A stretch of 64,000 nt of DNA from Akkermansiaceae bacterium (GCA_051251915.1 JBPOGF010000012.1:32001-96000); one strand, 5' to 3'; positions 38,879 through 48,907 are shown, numbered from the stretch's first letter. Made by a program: numbers and translations. The notes: generated from the sequence alone by a model not told the origin.

Positions 38879-40579
38879 TTACATGAGGTAGAAGATTGGG
38901 AATGCGAAGATCCAAACCAGATCAACAAAGTGCCAGAACAGACCACCTACTTCTACTCGGTTAGCAAGCCACTCCGGATTAGCAAGATACATCTTACGTC
39001 CAAAGAACAAATAGTAACCGAGAACGAGAGCACCACCAATAACGTGTAAGCCGTGTAGACCTGTGATAGTGAAGTAGATCGCGTAATAGTTATTCATTTT
39101 AGGTGAGAATACTGACTCAAATCTAATGTCGTTTCTTGCTACGTGGAGTAGAGGGAAACTGTCATGGTATTTCTTATGATTAGCTCCTGTAAAGCCATCA
39201 ATCATACCTGGTGTATTTGCTGTTACATTCTCCAAAGTAACTTCTTCACCTTCTTTAATGATAGCCTTGTAGGCTGCCATCTGCTTCCAAGTCATACGAT
39301 ACATCTCAATATCGATAGGAACTCGATTTGACTCGCCATTATCGTCTAAGCCATAATCTGCTGTAAGTTTATCAGTCCAAAGTGCACGCCACTTCTTGTG
39401 CATTGACCAGTAAGTTCTGATTTGCTCAGCACCTTCACTATCACCAAGTTTAGCATACCAGTCTTCAATCATGGTATCGATCTGCTCTTGGCTATACTGA
39501 CGGTCACGAGCCTTCATCACAAGATGTCTGTGATCCACAGCGTCAACATCAATATCCATTCCTGAATCCCCTGCTACACCAAGGATTGCAGTCTTATCTA
39601 GTAGAGAAATGGCTGTTGTGTCACCTTTCTTAGAAGCAGACATTCTACCCCAAGATGGATTGATTTTTATTTCAGCATTATCAACAGCAACCTTCAGCAA
39701 GCCTGAATTGGTAACAATCGTTCCGAAATCTCCGCTTTCAAGAATTCTAGTATTCTCCTCGTTAGCCGCGTCTTTCTTTGGCTGATCATATTGAGTGAGA
39801 TCTTGCACTTTATTGAAACGACCACCTTCATTAGATTTAACATTTTTCCATGCTTGTCTTAGTGATGACTCTTTCACCTGCTCATTGTGCATTCTTGTTT
39901 CAATGAATGACTCCTTAGCTTCAGCAAGAAGGAATCGCAATGAACCTTCACCTTCGCCTTCAAGAGAAATTTTCTCTCCTGCTTTAATAAGTGGTTTTTG
40001 AATAAGCTTGTCGTCTTCGAAAACGTTAATGACGATATCTTTAGCTGCTGTCACATTTGCATCACCAATACGAGCGATAATTTCATCAAGGTATGGACCA
40101 TGATAGCTACCAAGATCAAAGTTGATTTCATTGGCTTCGACTACATACTTGTTACCGCCATGTCCGTCCTTTTCAGGATGAAGATGTCCTTCAACATTAG
40201 TCCAGTCATTATACTGAATGTTTTGGTGATGGAGTTTAGCACTGTATTCAAAGCCTTTCAGCACCATGAAGACAGCTGCGCAGACGATAGTGAATCCCAT
40301 ATAACCTACGAAACCTTTCCAGTTCCTAAGCTTGAGGGAAGCCCAAGCAAATACCACCGTCACAGATGAAGCGATAAGGATGAACGTATTTACAAGTCCA
40401 GGAAGAACAGGCAACACACGCTCTGGCCAAGGATAATCTGCGAAAATACGCAAGAAAATGTATGAGGAGAATAGCCCACCGAAGAGCATCACCTCAGAGG
40501 CCAAAAACAGCCAGATCGCTATTTTAGAGTTATTCAGACCCGTATCTTTACGGGCATTTACGATATATGGGATTTCCAT
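38879..40579 (-). CDS. coxC: Cytochrome c oxidase subunit III with large soluble insertion
   Basis: WLFLASEVMLFGGLF, NTFILIASS, YFTITGLHGLHV, LFWHFVDLVW. Confidence 0.9.
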   Translation of the reverse strand: MEIPYIVNARKDTGLNNSKIAIWLFLASEVMLFGGLFSSYIFLRIFADYPWPERVLPVLPGLVNTFILIASSVTVVFAWASLKLRNWKGFVGYMGFTIVCAAVFMVLKGFEYSAKLHHQNIQYNDWTNVEGHLHPEKDGHGGNKYVVEANEINFDLGSYHGPYLDEIIARIGDANVTAAKDIVINVFEDDKLIQKPLIKAGEKISLEGEGEGSLRFLLAEAKESFIETRMHNEQVKESSLRQAWKNVKSNEGGRFNKVQDLTQYDQPKKDAANEENTRILESGDFGTIVTNSGLLKVAVDNAEIKINPSWGRMSASKKGDTTAISLLDKTAILGVAGDSGMDIDVDAVDHRHLVMKARDRQYSQEQIDTMIEDWYAKLGDSEGAEQIRTYWSMHKKWRALWTDKLTADYGLDDNGESNRVPIDIEMYRMTWKQMAAYKAIIKEGEEVTLENVTANTPGMIDGFTGANHKKYHDSFPLLHVARNDIRFESVFSPKMNNYYAIYFTITGLHGLHVIGGALVLGYYLFFGRKMYLANPEWLANRVEVGGLFWHFVDLVWIFAFPIFYLM

Positions 40580-40620
40580 GTCTAGTGAATGTTGATTTTA
40601 AAATTGCTTAGTGAATAGAA

Positions 40621-42483
40621 TTAATGACTGTCCTTAGGTTTGATCCCTGCATCGAGCTCAGAAGATGTTTCATCCTTAGGCTCATGCCACTGTGGATAGA
40701 AATCTTCCTTACAATCAGGACGGCTGTATTCGTATGGACCACGGTAGACTGCAACATCGAATGTGAAGTTGCCATGTCCCGGAGGTGTTGGTGTCGCCCA
40801 CTCAAGTGTGGTTGCATCCCATGGGTTGTCATTTTCCACCTTCTTACCAGTTTTCCAGGCAGTGAAGAGGTTGATGATGAACGGGATCTGCGCCGCAGCA
40901 AGACAGAATACTGAAATAGACATCAACTGGTTAAGACCAATCCATTCTCTAACTGTCTGTCCAAATACGTCAGCCGAGTCTGGCCCCACGAGGTAACCGT
41001 CACCACCATTATACCAACGACGGTGGAAACCAGCCATCCCCTGAAGTAACATAGGGAAGAACACGAGGTTAATGAAGATAAGTGATGGCCAGAAGTGAAG
41101 ATGTCCAAGTGTGTTGCTCATGTAACGTCCGAACATTTTAGGATACCAGTAATAGATACCTGCAAAGAGTCCGAACAGGATACCAGGTGCTACCACATAG
41201 TGGAAATGACCGATCACGTAGTAAGTATCATGAAGGTGAAGATCCACCAAGTTGAACGCCAATGGTAGTCCAGTGAGACCACCGATACCGAACATCGGAA
41301 GAAAAGCACAAGCCCAGATCATCGGCATCGAGAATCTGATAGAGCCACCCCAGAGCGAGATTAAGAGTGATGTAATAAGAACCACTGAAGGAACTGAGAT
41401 CAGAACAGTTGTGGTCTGGAAGAATGTAGAAACTGAACTACCCATACCAGTCAGATACATGTGGTGAGCCCATACGATGAAGGATAGGAAACCAAGCACA
41501 AGCACCGCATACACCATGGATTTGTAGCCCCAGAGTGGTTTACGGGTATTGGTAGGTATAATCTCTGCCACACATGCGATAGATGGTAGAAGGAGAACAT
41601 ACACCTCAGGGTGACCTAGGAACCAGAATAAGTGCTGATAAAGTAATGGAGAACCACCACCTGCATAATCAGCTGCTCCAGCATCTGTATATAGACCTGA
41701 TGGCTGGAAGAATGATGAACCTGTTGTTCTGTCAATCAACTGCATAATGCCAGCTACTTCGAGTGGTGGGAATGCTAGAAGAAGAAGGAATGCAGTAACA
41801 AGCATCGCCCAAACCAAGAATGGCAAACGCATCCAAGTCATGCCTTTCGCACGTAAGTTAATGATCGTTGTAATGAAGTTCACCGATCCCAACAAGGATG
41901 AAGATATCAAGAAGACCAGGCCGAGTAGCCATTGGGTCTGTCCTGTGAAGAATTGGTTTGGATGCTGCGAGTCAGCAAACGAGGAAAGTGGTGGGTAATT
42001 TGTCCAACCAGATTTAGCGGAGCCTGATTCAAGAAAGAATGAGCCACACATCATGATACCACCAACTGCATAGAGCCAGTAAGATGCACAGTTAAGCTTA
42101 GGGAAAGCCATGTCTGGCGCACCAATCTGGAGCGGAGTCACATAGTTACCAAAGGCACCGAAGCCGAGCGGAACCACGCCAAGGAAGACCATAATTGTCC
42201 CGTGCATTGCACCAAACATGTTGTAAGTTTCACCTTCTACTTTACCAGCAGTAAGCCATCTAGCTTTCCATTCATCAGTAAATAGCCAGCTCATCCATGT
42301 AGGCACTGGCTCTTGCGGATAAGCGATACTCCAACGCATCATCATCATCAGGAAGAACCCGAAAAGGAGGAAGAGCAAAGCAGTAATGCCGTATTGAATA
42401 CCAATCATTTTGTGATCAGTAGAGAAAATGTATTTCTGCCAGAATGGCGGATCGTGGTGATCGTGATGGTCGTCAGCGCTCAT
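40621..42483 (-). CDS. coxA: Cytochrome c oxidase subunit I, A1 type
   Basis: TDHK, MHGTIM, PDMAFP, FWFLGHPEVY, WAHHM, GHFHY; all six His ligands present. Confidence 0.96.
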   Translation of the reverse strand: MSADDHHDHHDPPFWQKYIFSTDHKMIGIQYGITALLFLLFGFFLMMMMRWSIAYPQEPVPTWMSWLFTDEWKARWLTAGKVEGETYNMFGAMHGTIMVFLGVVPLGFGAFGNYVTPLQIGAPDMAFPKLNCASYWLYAVGGIMMCGSFFLESGSAKSGWTNYPPLSSFADSQHPNQFFTGQTQWLLGLVFLISSSLLGSVNFITTIINLRAKGMTWMRLPFLVWAMLVTAFLLLLAFPPLEVAGIMQLIDRTTGSSFFQPSGLYTDAGAADYAGGGSPLLYQHLFWFLGHPEVYVLLLPSIACVAEIIPTNTRKPLWGYKSMVYAVLVLGFLSFIVWAHHMYLTGMGSSVSTFFQTTTVLISVPSVVLITSLLISLWGGSIRFSMPMIWACAFLPMFGIGGLTGLPLAFNLVDLHLHDTYYVIGHFHYVVAPGILFGLFAGIYYWYPKMFGRYMSNTLGHLHFWPSLIFINLVFFPMLLQGMAGFHRRWYNGGDGYLVGPDSADVFGQTVREWIGLNQLMSISVFCLAAAQIPFIINLFTAWKTGKKVENDNPWDATTLEWATPTPPGHGNFTFDVAVYRGPYEYSRPDCKEDFYPQWHEPKDETSSELDAGIKPKDSH

Positions 42484-42571
42484 AATTTTAAGTTCAGCTT
42501 GTTAGCGATTAAGCTAATAGGTTGTGAAAGTTGGTTGTTGTTAGTTAAATGGTGTTTTAAAAATCTAGGTA

Positions 42572-43339
42572 TTACTCAGCTACGATAACCTCGCCAGTCT
42601 TCTTGTTGATGATTGTCTTCGGCTCGAAGAGATCTCCAGTAAGTTGGACTTTTCTGTATTTATCGAGTTCAGCTGCTGTGCAGTTCCCTTCTCCGCGCTC
42701 ATTGTTGAGTGCTTTGACTTGATCCATCTGCTCAGGAGTGTAAATTTTGCCTACTTTGTTACCAAAGCTGTTCTGTAGATAATACGCGAGAGCTGCCATT
42801 TCAAGATTTTCTGTGCTCTTATGTAGCTGAGGTCCCATATTACTATTCACGCTAACTCCAGCTGCTGTGATCGGACCATCCACACCATTGATTGCAGCCA
42901 TTAAAACAGCCACTGGTGATTCTATTACATATTCAGATCCAGCAAGAGGCGGGTATGCAGAGTTTCCTTTACCATCCGGTTGGTGACAACCCATGCATTT
43001 CTTGTACGTTGCTGCTCCCTTCGCCATGTAAACTGCTTCTACCTCGCCCTGAGGCACTGGTGGTGGCCCGCCTGTTTCGTCAGCTTGCACGTAACCAGCT
43101 TTGACAAATTTATCATAGCCGAAAAGGTTATTACTGCTGAAGAGAACACTACCTGCGATAATAGCTACGATACTTCCGGCGATGAAGATCCAGATAGACA
43201 CTGGCTCCAGTCCATTCTCGCGCACTTGTTGCTCACGTGATGCCGCTGCGGATGCACGAGACACTGCTGCGTGCTGCTCAGCCACATTGGTGGACTCTTC
43301 AAGATCAGGCTTTTTCGGATCTGTTAGTTGAACTGACAT
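42572..43339 (-). CDS. Membrane-anchored monoheme cytochrome c
   Basis: TM helix, CMGCH, YPPLAGS, distal Met in NSNMG. Confidence 0.85.
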   Translation of the reverse strand: MSVQLTDPKKPDLEESTNVAEQHAAVSRASAAASREQQVRENGLEPVSIWIFIAGSIVAIIAGSVLFSSNNLFGYDKFVKAGYVQADETGGPPPVPQGEVEAVYMAKGAATYKKCMGCHQPDGKGNSAYPPLAGSEYVIESPVAVLMAAINGVDGPITAAGVSVNSNMGPQLHKSTENLEMAALAYYLQNSFGNKVGKIYTPEQMDQVKALNNERGEGNCTAAELDKYRKVQLTGDLFEPKTIINKKTGEVIVAE

Positions 43340-43405
43340 GTTGTTAAATATTGGATGATTAATTACGGATGATTTAAATGAAGTTGATTAGACTAGAGGG
43401 ATGCT

Positions 43406-44224
43406 TTATTTCCCAGCTTTCTTTTTATCCTTTGCATACTGCATCGCATAAGGAACCGCTCCATCTTTCTTGAGACTTGTTAAATAGCTGACGATTGCGC
43501 GGCAATTATCGTTAGGGATGATTTGCTCGCCGTCTTTTACAGCAACTGCATCAACTGCTCCCTGACCAAAATCACCAATCTTAGTGAAAAACTGTGGGTT
43601 AGACTGACATACTGACCACTCGTTCTCCTGACCTCTATCATCTAATCCTTCGTTGCGAGGGTTATAGAGGTGCTTGTAAACATAGAGATCTTTATCAAAT
43701 GCCTTGTCACCAAGCACTGCATTGATTTCTTTCTGAGTCATTGGTGTCTTGTCTTCCTTCTCAAGTTTGATGCCCAGAGCTTCTGCGACTCTAGCATTTT
43801 CACTTGCCTGAAGTGCTTCCAGACGATTTCCAAAGTTTCCTAGATCCGGCCCAATACGGCTCTCCCCGATGTGAGCGCGGTCTTCACCTTGGAAATCCCA
43901 AGCGTTTGTGATTCTACGTGTATCTCCCCTCTCAGCGTCATTCTTCGTTCCGCCTTGTCCTTCACGGAATACATCCTGACCAGCGTAGGTTGGACGTGTC
44001 ACCTGTGAGTGGCACATTGCACAGCCTTCTTGTGCATAAATTAGTGATCCATTACCGGTACGGCCACTATGTGTCGGCATGTAAAGGTCGGTTCGCTCAT
44101 CATTCACCTCATCATACTGAGGAGCTTCGAGTGTGCGCATGGTACCAAATGGGACTGCAAGCATAACGAGCCATGGAAGACCAAAGCTGGCAATGAGTCC
44201 GTAGAAAAATGTCTTAACTGTCAT
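43406..44224 (-). CDS. CcoO-like (cbb3 subunit II family) monoheme cytochrome c
   Basis: IYAQEGCAMCHSQ, GESRIGPDL, HLYNPR. Confidence 0.8.
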   Translation of the reverse strand: MTVKTFFYGLIASFGLPWLVMLAVPFGTMRTLEAPQYDEVNDERTDLYMPTHSGRTGNGSLIYAQEGCAMCHSQVTRPTYAGQDVFREGQGGTKNDAERGDTRRITNAWDFQGEDRAHIGESRIGPDLGNFGNRLEALQASENARVAEALGIKLEKEDKTPMTQKEINAVLGDKAFDKDLYVYKHLYNPRNEGLDDRGQENEWSVCQSNPQFFTKIGDFGQGAVDAVAVKDGEQIIPNDNCRAIVSYLTSLKKDGAVPYAMQYAKDKKKAGK

Positions 44225-44265
44225 CGTATTCTAGTGAAGTAGGTTAGCTGTAAATTAGTGATCGC

Positions 44266-45774
44266 TTAGTTAGCGGAGGCGTTTGAATCCAGGGTGTCGA
44301 GTTTATCAAGATCTCCCTCTGGTCCGTGTGGTGTTGAGTGAGCGTGACGTGCAAGAAGTGTAGGATGGCTGCTGCGGCGACCAAGTCTTAGCCACATCAG
44401 TAGTAGATGAACGCAGAACAAGAATGTCGCTATGAGGATGAACACAAAGCCAGTCGTAAGACCAATTGCATATGGGTAAAGTCTACCAACTGCAGCTTCA
44501 GTAGGCTCTCCTACTATTTCAAGTGTGTAACCATGCATGAATCCACCAAGTAGTGTGTAGAACAATGCGATGAATGCCACACCGTAAACTGTGAGCCAGA
44601 AATGCTGACTAATCAAACCAGCTGAGATCCATTCACGATTAGTGATACGTGGGACGATAAAGTAGATAGCTCCGAACATGCACATTGAGAAGAATCCGAG
44701 AAGCCCGGTAAGCTCTAGTCCGTATTGTGCAGTTGAAAACTGTGTATATTGAAGCGCACCAGGTAAAGCGATAAATCCACCGAGCACAGCAAAGGTAAGC
44801 ATGCCCATTGCACCAGCTACCGTGAATCGAAGTGATGGTGAGTGTGCCATTGCTTCTTTGTTAGAATTAGCTGTCTTAAGTATGTTGATAACGAATGCCA
44901 TTGCTGGGATAATCAAAAGAACTGCCGCACCTGCACTGAGGAACTGCAGGAATGAAGGAATTGGAGTCCCCATCATACGCTGCATACCAGCCCAAGGTCC
45001 AACTATTGCTAGTGCCCAAAATCCGAAGATCGCGAGATTATATGAGTATACCGGTCTACCAGTCACCTTAGGAGTGATGTAGTAGGCACTTGCTGCTGCT
45101 ACTGGAGTGAAGAAAAGAAACATCAATGCTGATCTGAACCACGCTGTAGATGCAGTTATCATTAAAGGATGTCCATCACCTAAGTAAAGCTGAGTAAAGA
45201 GGATGCCTGATACTAATACCCATGGGAACCAGAAAAGTGCGGCAAGAAGATACCATTGGGAAATGTAGATGTGACCACCGCGGCGAACGCGGAAAGCAAT
45301 CACTGCCCAAATGCCAATCACGAAATAGGTAACAAGTAGAGTGATCATGATTGCTTTAGGAAATGCCATCCAGACAACACCAGTTCCTGCACCAGCAAGA
45401 ACACAGAGAGTTCCGATTGCTACCATCGCATTCCATACGTGGCCAGCTGCTAATATGATGCCAGATTTCTTTGATTCTTGACGAGACAAACGGGACATCA
45501 ACCAGAGAATCACACCGAAAGCGGCCTGTGCGCCCCAACCGTAGATGAGCGTGCTCATATGCGCGGGCATCGTGCGCCCAACATTAAAGCAGGAGAAGCA
45601 GCTAAGGAAATCTGGTGAGTGGGTCTTTGCAGAAGCAATGATACCAAGAACCAGTGACACTGCTAACCATGCAGCACCGCTTGTGAAAAAGAACATCACC
45701 GGATGACGCAAAGAGCGGTCAATGTCTGCTCTGAGCTTGGTGTCTTCTAAGATTGGACTAGTTGTTGTTGCCAT
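44266..45774 (-). CDS. Degenerate CcoN-like (cbb3 subunit I family) membrane protein
   Basis: GRTMPAH, IYISQWY, YYITPKVTGRPVYSY, FGAIYFIVPR match CcoN; most His ligands are absent. Confidence 0.8.
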   Translation of the reverse strand: MATTTSPILEDTKLRADIDRSLRHPVMFFFTSGAAWLAVSLVLGIIASAKTHSPDFLSCFSCFNVGRTMPAHMSTLIYGWGAQAAFGVILWLMSRLSRQESKKSGIILAAGHVWNAMVAIGTLCVLAGAGTGVVWMAFPKAIMITLLVTYFVIGIWAVIAFRVRRGGHIYISQWYLLAALFWFPWVLVSGILFTQLYLGDGHPLMITASTAWFRSALMFLFFTPVAAASAYYITPKVTGRPVYSYNLAIFGFWALAIVGPWAGMQRMMGTPIPSFLQFLSAGAAVLLIIPAMAFVINILKTANSNKEAMAHSPSLRFTVAGAMGMLTFAVLGGFIALPGALQYTQFSTAQYGLELTGLLGFFSMCMFGAIYFIVPRITNREWISAGLISQHFWLTVYGVAFIALFYTLLGGFMHGYTLEIVGEPTEAAVGRLYPYAIGLTTGFVFILIATFLFCVHLLLMWLRLGRRSSHPTLLARHAHSTPHGPEGDLDKLDTLDSNASAN

Positions 45775-45810
45775 GAAATTATGTTTGTTCGTCTTAAATG
45801 AATTGAAATA

Positions 45811-46143
45811 TTACTTATACTCCTTGTTGTGTGGAACTCCAGCGTCTGCTGGCTGAGTATCGATTAGCTTAAGCTCGCTAGCTACTGAGAAGAGAGCACT
45901 TGGTGGAAGCTGAACGCTGTCACCTTCTTTTTTGTAGTCGAGAAGTGCTGCCTGTGCGACATCCACTTGCTCACGCTTGAGGAGGCGCGCCTTGCCTACT
46001 TCTGTGTCAGCGCTATACATCTTATCGTCTTGTATGAAGTTCTTGATAACGAAACAGATAATTCCGAAAACCACGAATAGTGCGAGTCCCCACCAAAAGG
46101 TGTTGAAGCGGCGAAGTGGTGTGTCACGTAGATTATTTTCCAT
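45811..46143 (-). CDS. Small single-TM protein (possible ACIII accessory subunit)
   Basis: 110 aa, one TM helix, lies between actF and the ccoN-like gene. Confidence 0.6.
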   Translation of the reverse strand: MENNLRDTPLRRFNTFWWGLALFVVFGIICFVIKNFIQDDKMYSADTEVGKARLLKREQVDVAQAALLDYKKEGDSVQLPPSALFSVASELKLIDTQPADAGVPHNKEYK

Positions 46144-46164
46144 GATGTTAGATTCTGATTAAAT

Positions 46165-47556
46165 TTAGTTATGAAGATTAGCTGACTCCAGGATTCGAGG
46201 ATCGCGGTTCGGATAAGTGTTCGAGCTACCAATGTTACGAAGGAACATGAAGACGAAGAACGCACCAACTGTGATGAATGCCACGATATCACCTAAGTAA
46301 GCTGCATGCTCAACGAAGAGGTTTTCACCATGTGTAAGTGAGACTCCACGCTCAGGGATCACAGCGATGTAGAGATCAATAATGTGGTAGATCAGAATAT
46401 AGCTACAGATCGAAACGATCATCCAGTTAACTTTCTTCACATAATGTGGAAGTAGTAATACGAATGGAAGTGCGAAGTGGCCGAACACGAGTGATAAACT
46501 CCAGCCCCACCATGCACCAGTATTTCTGAGGATGAAGTAGGAAGTTTCTTCAGTGATGTTTGCATACCAAATGAGCATAAACTGAGCGAATGATACGTAT
46601 GCCCAGAAGACAACAAATGCGAACAATAGCTTACCCATTATGTGGAAGTGCTCAGTGCTAGTCACTGTCTGGAGATACCCCTTCTTACGAAGCCAAACGA
46701 GAGTCAACATGAGAACAGCCATTGAGTTCAGTGCACAGCCGGCGAAGAAATACACACCATACATTGTGGAGAACCACTTGTAATCAAGCGCCATCATGAA
46801 ATCGAGGGCTATGAATGTGGCTACTACCGCGAAGATAGGCATAATGATGCAAGAAAGCTGACGAGTTTTAATCAGACGAGCGCAAGTTGGCTTCGGATCA
46901 ACATCTTGATCCATTGACATCTTTCTCTGAATCCAAATACCAGCACCTAGTAGAGCAAAGAAGGAAATGATTCTGACTAACCAGAAAGGTAGATTCATAT
47001 ACCACGCTTTTTGAGCGAGTAGAGCTTCGTGAGCTGCGTTAAAAGTCGCTGCGTCAGGTGATGTGTAAGCGCCGTGCTCTGTTTTTTCTACATGAGCATG
47101 ATCTAGTGTTACAATCTGGTGACGATCATTCTCGTGAGTATTACCTTCAGCATCAATGTACTCAGTGGCAATATCGCGGTGAGTTTCCATCCACTCGTAG
47201 AGATCGTTTTGCACTGATGGAATCATCAAAGGAATTGCAATCACTGCCATGAACGGGAATACAAAACCAAGGTTCTCCATTAAGCGTCTGACTGAAACAC
47301 CCCAACCTGAATTAGTCACGTTGTGGAGCGTTGTCCAGAAACAACCACCAAGAGTGAGTGAGATGAAGAACATGAAAGCGAACAACCAGGAATAGGAATA
47401 TCCGTCTCCGAATGTATCATTCGTAAATAGGAAGAAACTAAAAATGGCTCCTACGATGAAGATTACTAGTGAGATAAGTTTAGGCAAGGCGAGGTCGCTA
47501 GACTTTACCTGCTCCCCGTTTAGTGGGAGGTCCTTTGATGTGACGTTGTGTGCCAT
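46165..47556 (-). CDS. actF: Alternative complex III subunit F
   Basis: GWGVSVRRLME, WFSTMYG, GKLLFAFVVFWAY, SFAQFMLIWYANITEET. Confidence 0.9.
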   Translation of the reverse strand: MAHNVTSKDLPLNGEQVKSSDLALPKLISLVIFIVGAIFSFFLFTNDTFGDGYSYSWLFAFMFFISLTLGGCFWTTLHNVTNSGWGVSVRRLMENLGFVFPFMAVIAIPLMIPSVQNDLYEWMETHRDIATEYIDAEGNTHENDRHQIVTLDHAHVEKTEHGAYTSPDAATFNAAHEALLAQKAWYMNLPFWLVRIISFFALLGAGIWIQRKMSMDQDVDPKPTCARLIKTRQLSCIIMPIFAVVATFIALDFMMALDYKWFSTMYGVYFFAGCALNSMAVLMLTLVWLRKKGYLQTVTSTEHFHIMGKLLFAFVVFWAYVSFAQFMLIWYANITEETSYFILRNTGAWWGWSLSLVFGHFALPFVLLLPHYVKKVNWMIVSICSYILIYHIIDLYIAVIPERGVSLTHGENLFVEHAAYLGDIVAFITVGAFFVFMFLRNIGSSNTYPNRDPRILESANLHN

Positions 47557-47603
47557 GGGACTGTTAGATTAAATTGTGTGTTAGATGATTGATTAAAATT
47601 TGC

Positions 47604-48275
47604 TTACTTCGTGCTTCCTGCGTCAAAGATCTCTTTGATTTTCGGATTTGTGTAGTCTGCCTTCGCGCTAGCTTGAAGCATTTTCACGTAGGCTACTACT
47701 GCCCAGCGATCATAGAGTGGAAGGTCTGACCCCATCTGCCCCATGTTACCTCGGCCATTCACAACGACGTCATAGATATTACCTTCTACTAACTTCGTTT
47801 CGCGAAGGTTACTGATCGCTGCTACAAAACCATTTGCTTTCGCGGTGCCTTCACCGTTACCTGAAGCTCCGTGACAAACTGCGCATTTGAATCCAAAAAC
47901 CTCATGCCCGCGAGTTAGAAGTGCTGTAACGTTCTCTGGTTGATCAAGCTCAAGCTCCGTTGGGAAGCCTTTTCCGTAGTTAGTCTCGTTGAATCTACCT
48001 GTGTGGAGGTAAGTTTCCTTGTTACCATAACCACGAAGTTCAGACTCAGCAGTTTCTTCTGTAGTGTGCCCCATTGGAACTGTGCCTGCAACTGGCTGCT
48101 GTGACCCCATTCCGTCTTTGAAGAAGTCGGATGGTTTCTGACCTTTTATGAAATCCTGCTCATCCATATCAGGGAAGATGCGGATTGGTGGTTTTTTGAA
48201 TTTGTCACCTCTGAATCCGAACGTGCTTATGACGAAAACGATGATGAGTGCGTATATGAGAAAAAAGTAGCGCAT
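47604..48275 (-). CDS. actE: Alternative complex III subunit E (monoheme cytochrome c)
   Basis: PPIRIFPDMDEQ, PVAGTV, CAVCH, DRWAVVAYV. Confidence 0.88.
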   Translation of the reverse strand: MRYFFLIYALIIVFVISTFGFRGDKFKKPPIRIFPDMDEQDFIKGQKPSDFFKDGMGSQQPVAGTVPMGHTTEETAESELRGYGNKETYLHTGRFNETNYGKGFPTELELDQPENVTALLTRGHEVFGFKCAVCHGASGNGEGTAKANGFVAAISNLRETKLVEGNIYDVVVNGRGNMGQMGSDLPLYDRWAVVAYVKMLQASAKADYTNPKIKEIFDAGSTK

Positions 48276-48303
48276 GATGATTGAATCTTATCTGGTAGGT
48301 AAA

Positions 48304-48858
48304 TTAGTCTTCTTCTTCGACGAGTTCGATGTTTTTGCCCCCTGCTTCTTCAAGCAGAGCCTTCGTATCTTCTGGTGAGAAATTTGGATCCCTAGCTTCT
48401 ACTGCGATGAAAAACCCATCATCAGTAGAACGGTGGAACTGACGACTTGCGAATAACGGGTGATTCAATCTAGGAAGACCCATGAGGCCCAATAGACAGA
48501 ACAGAACCGTAAATCCTGAGAATAAAATAGTAAGCTCAAACATGATCGGGAAGAACGCCGATGTTGTGAAAATGTTCGCTGGCTTAGCCTGCACCACTGT
48601 TGGGTAAATCATTACCTGTGTGATGTATGCCAAACTGAATCCTGTAAGTAGACCAGTTGATCCACCGAAAAATACGAAATAAGGCAAGATAGAACGTCTT
48701 AGTCCCATCGCATCGTCCATCCCGTGGATCGGATACGGTGAATAGCAGTCCCATTTTTTGAATCCGGCATCGCGCACTTTCTCAGCACCCTTGTAGAGGG
48801 CTGATGCGCTTTCGAATTCGGCTAGATAACCGTAAACTCTTTTTACTGATGTGCTCAC
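48304..48858 (-). CDS. actD: Alternative complex III subunit D (DUF3341)
   Basis: AEFES, YSPYPIHGMDDAMG, FFPIMFELTILF. Confidence 0.9.
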   Translation of the reverse strand: MSTSVKRVYGYLAEFESASALYKGAEKVRDAGFKKWDCYSPYPIHGMDDAMGLRRSILPYFVFFGGSTGLLTGFSLAYITQVMIYPTVVQAKPANIFTTSAFFPIMFELTILFSGFTVLFCLLGLMGLPRLNHPLFASRQFHRSTDDGFFIAVEARDPNFSPEDTKALLEEAGGKNIELVEEED

Positions 48859-48907
48859 TGTCTTGTGATTTGGTTAGTTGTTATTAAATTGTTACTTTAG
48901 ATTTAGC

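Noticed and set aside
44266..45774. Idea that the dead CcoN supplies the proton channel missing from CoxA
   Set aside because: CcoN channel residues in RLSIVHFW are themselves replaced (NLAIFGFW), and a channel in a separate subunit could not easily reach the CoxA active site.
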